Assembly (NCBI GenBank): GCA_963847625.1
Contig: CAWKAR010000019.1
Coordinates: forward strand, 64,001-128,000
Direction: 5' to 3'
Origin: a candidate division FCPU426 bacterium
GTDB lineage: Bacteria > Oederibacteriota > Muellerivitia > Muellerivitales > Muellerivitaceae
DNA: 64,000 bases
In this document: positions 60,802-64,000 of the stretch, piece after piece
Numbering within the stretch: position 1 is the stretch's first letter
Layout of the letters: the number at the start of each line of letters is the position of its first letter
The notes under the pieces: generated by a model
The model's input: only the letters and a program-made list of their open reading frames with translations
What the model was told of the DNA's origin: nothing
Database searches by the model: none
Position numbers and translations under genes: made by a program

Positions 60802-61530
60802 ATGAAAAATTCTATTCTTCGTGGAATCCTGGTTTTGACGATGGCCATGATTTTGCAGTCGCCCAGGCCATCCCTGGCTAAAACGGATGAGAATCCATCC
60901 CGGGAAAGAACGATCAAAGTGGAAGGCGAGGGCAAAGTTTGGGCTGTCCCGGACCAGGCCGAAATGGAAGTGGAGGTCCAAGAGGAAGGGCAGGACATCG
61001 ATGAATTGTCTTCCTTGGCCCAAACTAAAATGGAAAAGATTTTTAACGCGGTCAAATCCATAGGCATACCGGAAAAAGACATACAATCCACGACATATAA
61101 CGTCCAGCCGAAGGTCAGGTATTACAAAGGGGAAACTCAAAAGGAAGGATACATCGTTTCCCATAAAATCAGGGTCGTCATAAAAAACGTCGATTCGGCC
61201 GGGAAAGTCCTCAACGAGGTCCTCAAAGACGGGGCTACGAACGTGAATGGGCCTAATTCCAGTTTTTCCGACCCGGCCAAGCTGAAAATCGAAGCGTTAA
61301 AATCTGCGGTGGATGACGCGCATGCCAAGGCCGAGGCCATGGCGCAGTCGGCGGGCGTGGGAGTGGGGCCGGTTTATTCCATCACCCAAATCAACGTCAG
61401 CATGCCCTATAGGCCGGCCGGAAGGGTCATGAGCGGCTTAGCCGCCTCCGCGGAGGGAGCCGAAGTTTCCCTCGCGACTGGCCAGAATGAGGTGACCGCC
61501 CAGGTGGAAGTGATCTACTCGTTGAAGTGA
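60802..61530 (+). CDS. SIMPL-domain (DUF541) periplasmic protein
   Basis: TIKVEGEGKV.AVPDQA, GI.EKDIQS, AL..AVDDA.AKAEAMA, VTAQVEVIY. Confidence 0.9.
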   Translation: MKNSILRGILVLTMAMILQSPRPSLAKTDENPSRERTIKVEGEGKVWAVPDQAEMEVEVQEEGQDIDELSSLAQTKMEKIFNAVKSIGIPEKDIQSTTYNVQPKVRYYKGETQKEGYIVSHKIRVVIKNVDSAGKVLNEVLKDGATNVNGPNSSFSDPAKLKIEALKSAVDDAHAKAEAMAQSAGVGVGPVYSITQINVSMPYRPAGRVMSGLAASAEGAEVSLATGQNEVTAQVEVIYSLK

Positions 61531-61651
61531 CCGGCGTGGTAACCCGGCAGAAATAACAAGACCATCCTTGAAATTCCGGTTGAGGTATAATTTGTTTTTA
61601 ACAACCCTCTAATTGCGGTAAGAGTAAAAGCTTAACAATACGGGGAATGCA

Positions 61652-62662
61652 ATGGATTCTTTACACGGACGGTTTACCGGATTTATCTTTGCCTTGGTTG
61701 TTTGTTCTTTTGCGTTTTTAGGTTGTACTCGGCAAATTGCGACTCCCGTCCCGCCCTCAACATTTTACGGCCAGGTCTGGTACCAAGCCCCCACGACCTT
61801 AGGTTTCCCAGCCAGGTATTTTCAGTCCAGTGTTGTATATAACGGGGCCATGTGGGTTATCGGGGGAAACGCCGGAAATGGGAATTACTTGAACGATGCC
61901 TGGTCCTCCACAAACGGTAACACCTGGTACAGGGCCACGGGACCGGCAGGAGCGGCCTTTTCCGCGAGGTACGCTCAATCCTCTCTGGTTTACAATGGGA
62001 AAATGTGGGTCATCGGCGGTTATGACGGCTCTTTTAAGAACGATGTTTGGTCTTCCAGTGACGGCGCCACCTGGTCCCCTGTGACGGCCACGGCGGCTTT
62101 CAGCCCCAGGGCCGCGACGGCTTGCGTGGTTTTTAACAACGCCATGTACCTCATCGGGGGTTATTCCTCGTCGGCGGGCGGCGAGCAAAACGACGTCTGG
62201 ACCTCGACGGACGGCGCTGTTTGGTCGCCGGTCACCCTGACAGCGAATTTCACGGCCCGGGACATCTTCTCCAGCGTCGTGGATAACGGCATGATCTGGT
62301 TGTTCGCCGGCCTGAACACCAAGAATTATACCGCCACTGTTTTTGACGACGTTTGGGATTCCTCCGACGGGGCCAACTGGTCCCCGGTTACGGTGACGAA
62401 TATTTTCCCGGCGCGTTACGGGCAGTCATCGGTAGTTTGCAACGGGCGCCTTTGGGTCATCGCGGGTGATAACGGAAATCCCCCCTTTCTCAATGACGTG
62501 TGGTCTTCCACGAACGGGGCTGATTGGTCCCAAGTTTCTACAGGCGCCGCTTTCTCCGGCAGATATGCCCATACCAGCCTGGTTTTTAAAAGCAAAATAT
62601 GGGTGATCGCCGGCCTCGATTCAAATCTTAACCCTTTAAGCGATGTCTGGTATTCGCCATAA
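61652..62662 (+). CDS. Kelch-like repeat lipoprotein
   Basis: Lipobox FLGC; six F.AR..SSVV.NG.MWVIGG...NDVWSS.DG..W repeats. Confidence 0.85.
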   Translation: MDSLHGRFTGFIFALVVCSFAFLGCTRQIATPVPPSTFYGQVWYQAPTTLGFPARYFQSSVVYNGAMWVIGGNAGNGNYLNDAWSSTNGNTWYRATGPAGAAFSARYAQSSLVYNGKMWVIGGYDGSFKNDVWSSSDGATWSPVTATAAFSPRAATACVVFNNAMYLIGGYSSSAGGEQNDVWTSTDGAVWSPVTLTANFTARDIFSSVVDNGMIWLFAGLNTKNYTATVFDDVWDSSDGANWSPVTVTNIFPARYGQSSVVCNGRLWVIAGDNGNPPFLNDVWSSTNGADWSQVSTGAAFSGRYAHTSLVFKSKIWVIAGLDSNLNPLSDVWYSP

Positions 62663-62831
62663 AACCCGGATTGCCGTGAGAAGTCTTTCCTGATAATCCC
62701 AATAAAAACATTCCCTTCAACCGTGTTTTCCGAGCCCAAATAGAAAAATAGGATTGGCGGTATAATTGGCTTGGTGGATAGATTCATCCGAAAAACCCAT
62801 TAAATGAAGACACATTAATCGTTTCAAGCAG

Positions 62832-63513
62832 GTGTCATTTGAGGAATTTTTATTGGTTTTTTGTTTTTACGGCCTGCCTATGGCGGGCCTTTGGGGATGC
62901 CAAAAAACCTATACCGTGCCCCCAAAATCCGCACCAACCAAGACCCCAACGTCCACCCTGACCACGACCCCAACAATTACTAACACCTCGACTGATACTC
63001 CCACCTTTACCCCGACTATTACGGCAACCCCTACAAACCCGCCCACTTCCACGCCCACCATTGTTTGTTCAGGCAGTATGTGCTGTCCTGTTTTCGCCCA
63101 GATTTGCGTTTCCAGCGACGACTGGTCCCAGGTCTACGTCGGCGGTGTTTCCCTGGGCCAAGTCAATTATTGCGATTCAAACGGTACCGGATCTTGTCCT
63201 CCAGGCTGCCTCGACGTTCCCATGTCCCTTTTATCAGTCACGCAACTTTATGTCGCCGTTTATACCCAAAACACCTCCTGCAATAACCTTTACGCCTCCT
63301 GGGACCTGGACATCACCTGTTCCAACGGCTTTCATTCTGAAATCACCAGCGCGAACGGCAACGTGTTGATGGATTATGTCAGCTCCGGGAATCCTTCCAC
63401 TCCCCCCGCCAGCAACTGGTACGCAACCAATTACAACAGCTCGGGCGGCACTTGGACTGCTCCTGTAAGCGTCAACACCACTTCCGCCTATTGTTGTGCA
63501 GCGCAACCCATTC
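62832..63513 (+). pseudogene. Cys-rich Thr/Pro-linker lipoprotein truncated by IS30
   Basis: Lipobox LWGC, TPT linker; frame runs into the IS end at 63514, which supplies the stop. Confidence 0.7.
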
Positions 63514-64000
63514 GCTGAATTCAACCAGTAAGTGCAACACCTTGACTAAAGACCTGCTCCGGCGTTTTGAAACGAAGGCACTTGCGAGGACGATGGTTTA
63601 GGATCCGTTCCACGCGTCGTACATTCGCTGGGGTTATAGTAGCAAAATCCGTTTTCTTGGGATAGAAGCGACGAACAAGACCTGCAGTATTTTCAACACA
63701 ACCTTTCTCCCAACTGTGGAAGGGCAAACAAAAGAATGAACGAGTGCCTGAAACACGATTCACCTGGAGATGTTCGACGTTTTCGGAGCCATTGTCGTAT
63801 GTGATGGTACGGCGGAGGCCTTTTGAAATCCGAACCAACCGACGGTTGATTGCGGCTCTAGTGTGGAAAGCTGATTTTTGAGGTAGCCAAGCCAGTTTCA
63901 CCAGACGACTTTTGCGCTCGACCATAACCAGAAGTGAGGGTTTGCTTTTCCGGGAGATGATGGTGTCGGCCTCCCAGTGCCCGAATTGCTGTCTTGTTTC
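63514..64000 (-). mobile_element. IS30-family element type 1, second copy (partial, runs off window end)
   Basis: Reverse complement of the 3' part of 23666-24717, same right IR and identical transposase C-terminus. Confidence 0.93.

Overview
Bacterial (diderm, probably anaerobic) chromosomal window with no rRNA, tRNA or CRISPR array. The left part is housekeeping/metabolic: an RluA C-terminus, a ROK/polyphosphate glucokinase, HPr, PilZ, TrpB2 and a complete group 3b [NiFe] sulfhydrogenase operon with its maturation protease. Two giant secreted Thr/Pro-linker proteins follow (SBBP propeller; expansin-like). The rest is accessory: hydrolases, c-di-GMP/cNMP signalling genes, three IS30 elements, an AT-rich islet integrated in the 3' end of a GH27 gene, and several families of small nested non-coding repeats. 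The most striking feature is at about 46.3-55.9 kb. Mostly co-oriented, integron-cassette-like genes (FitAB toxin-antitoxin, VOC, GNAT, hydrolase, Sel1, NHL/OMP, zinc-ribbon) are separated by a directly repeated 30-bp 11+8+11 palindromic site (TTGTCCACnnn-GG[C/G]TCCCC-GYCGYGGACAA) that is not an attC. One module carries a clear integration scar. No recombinase gene is recognisable in the window, so the mechanism is inferred.
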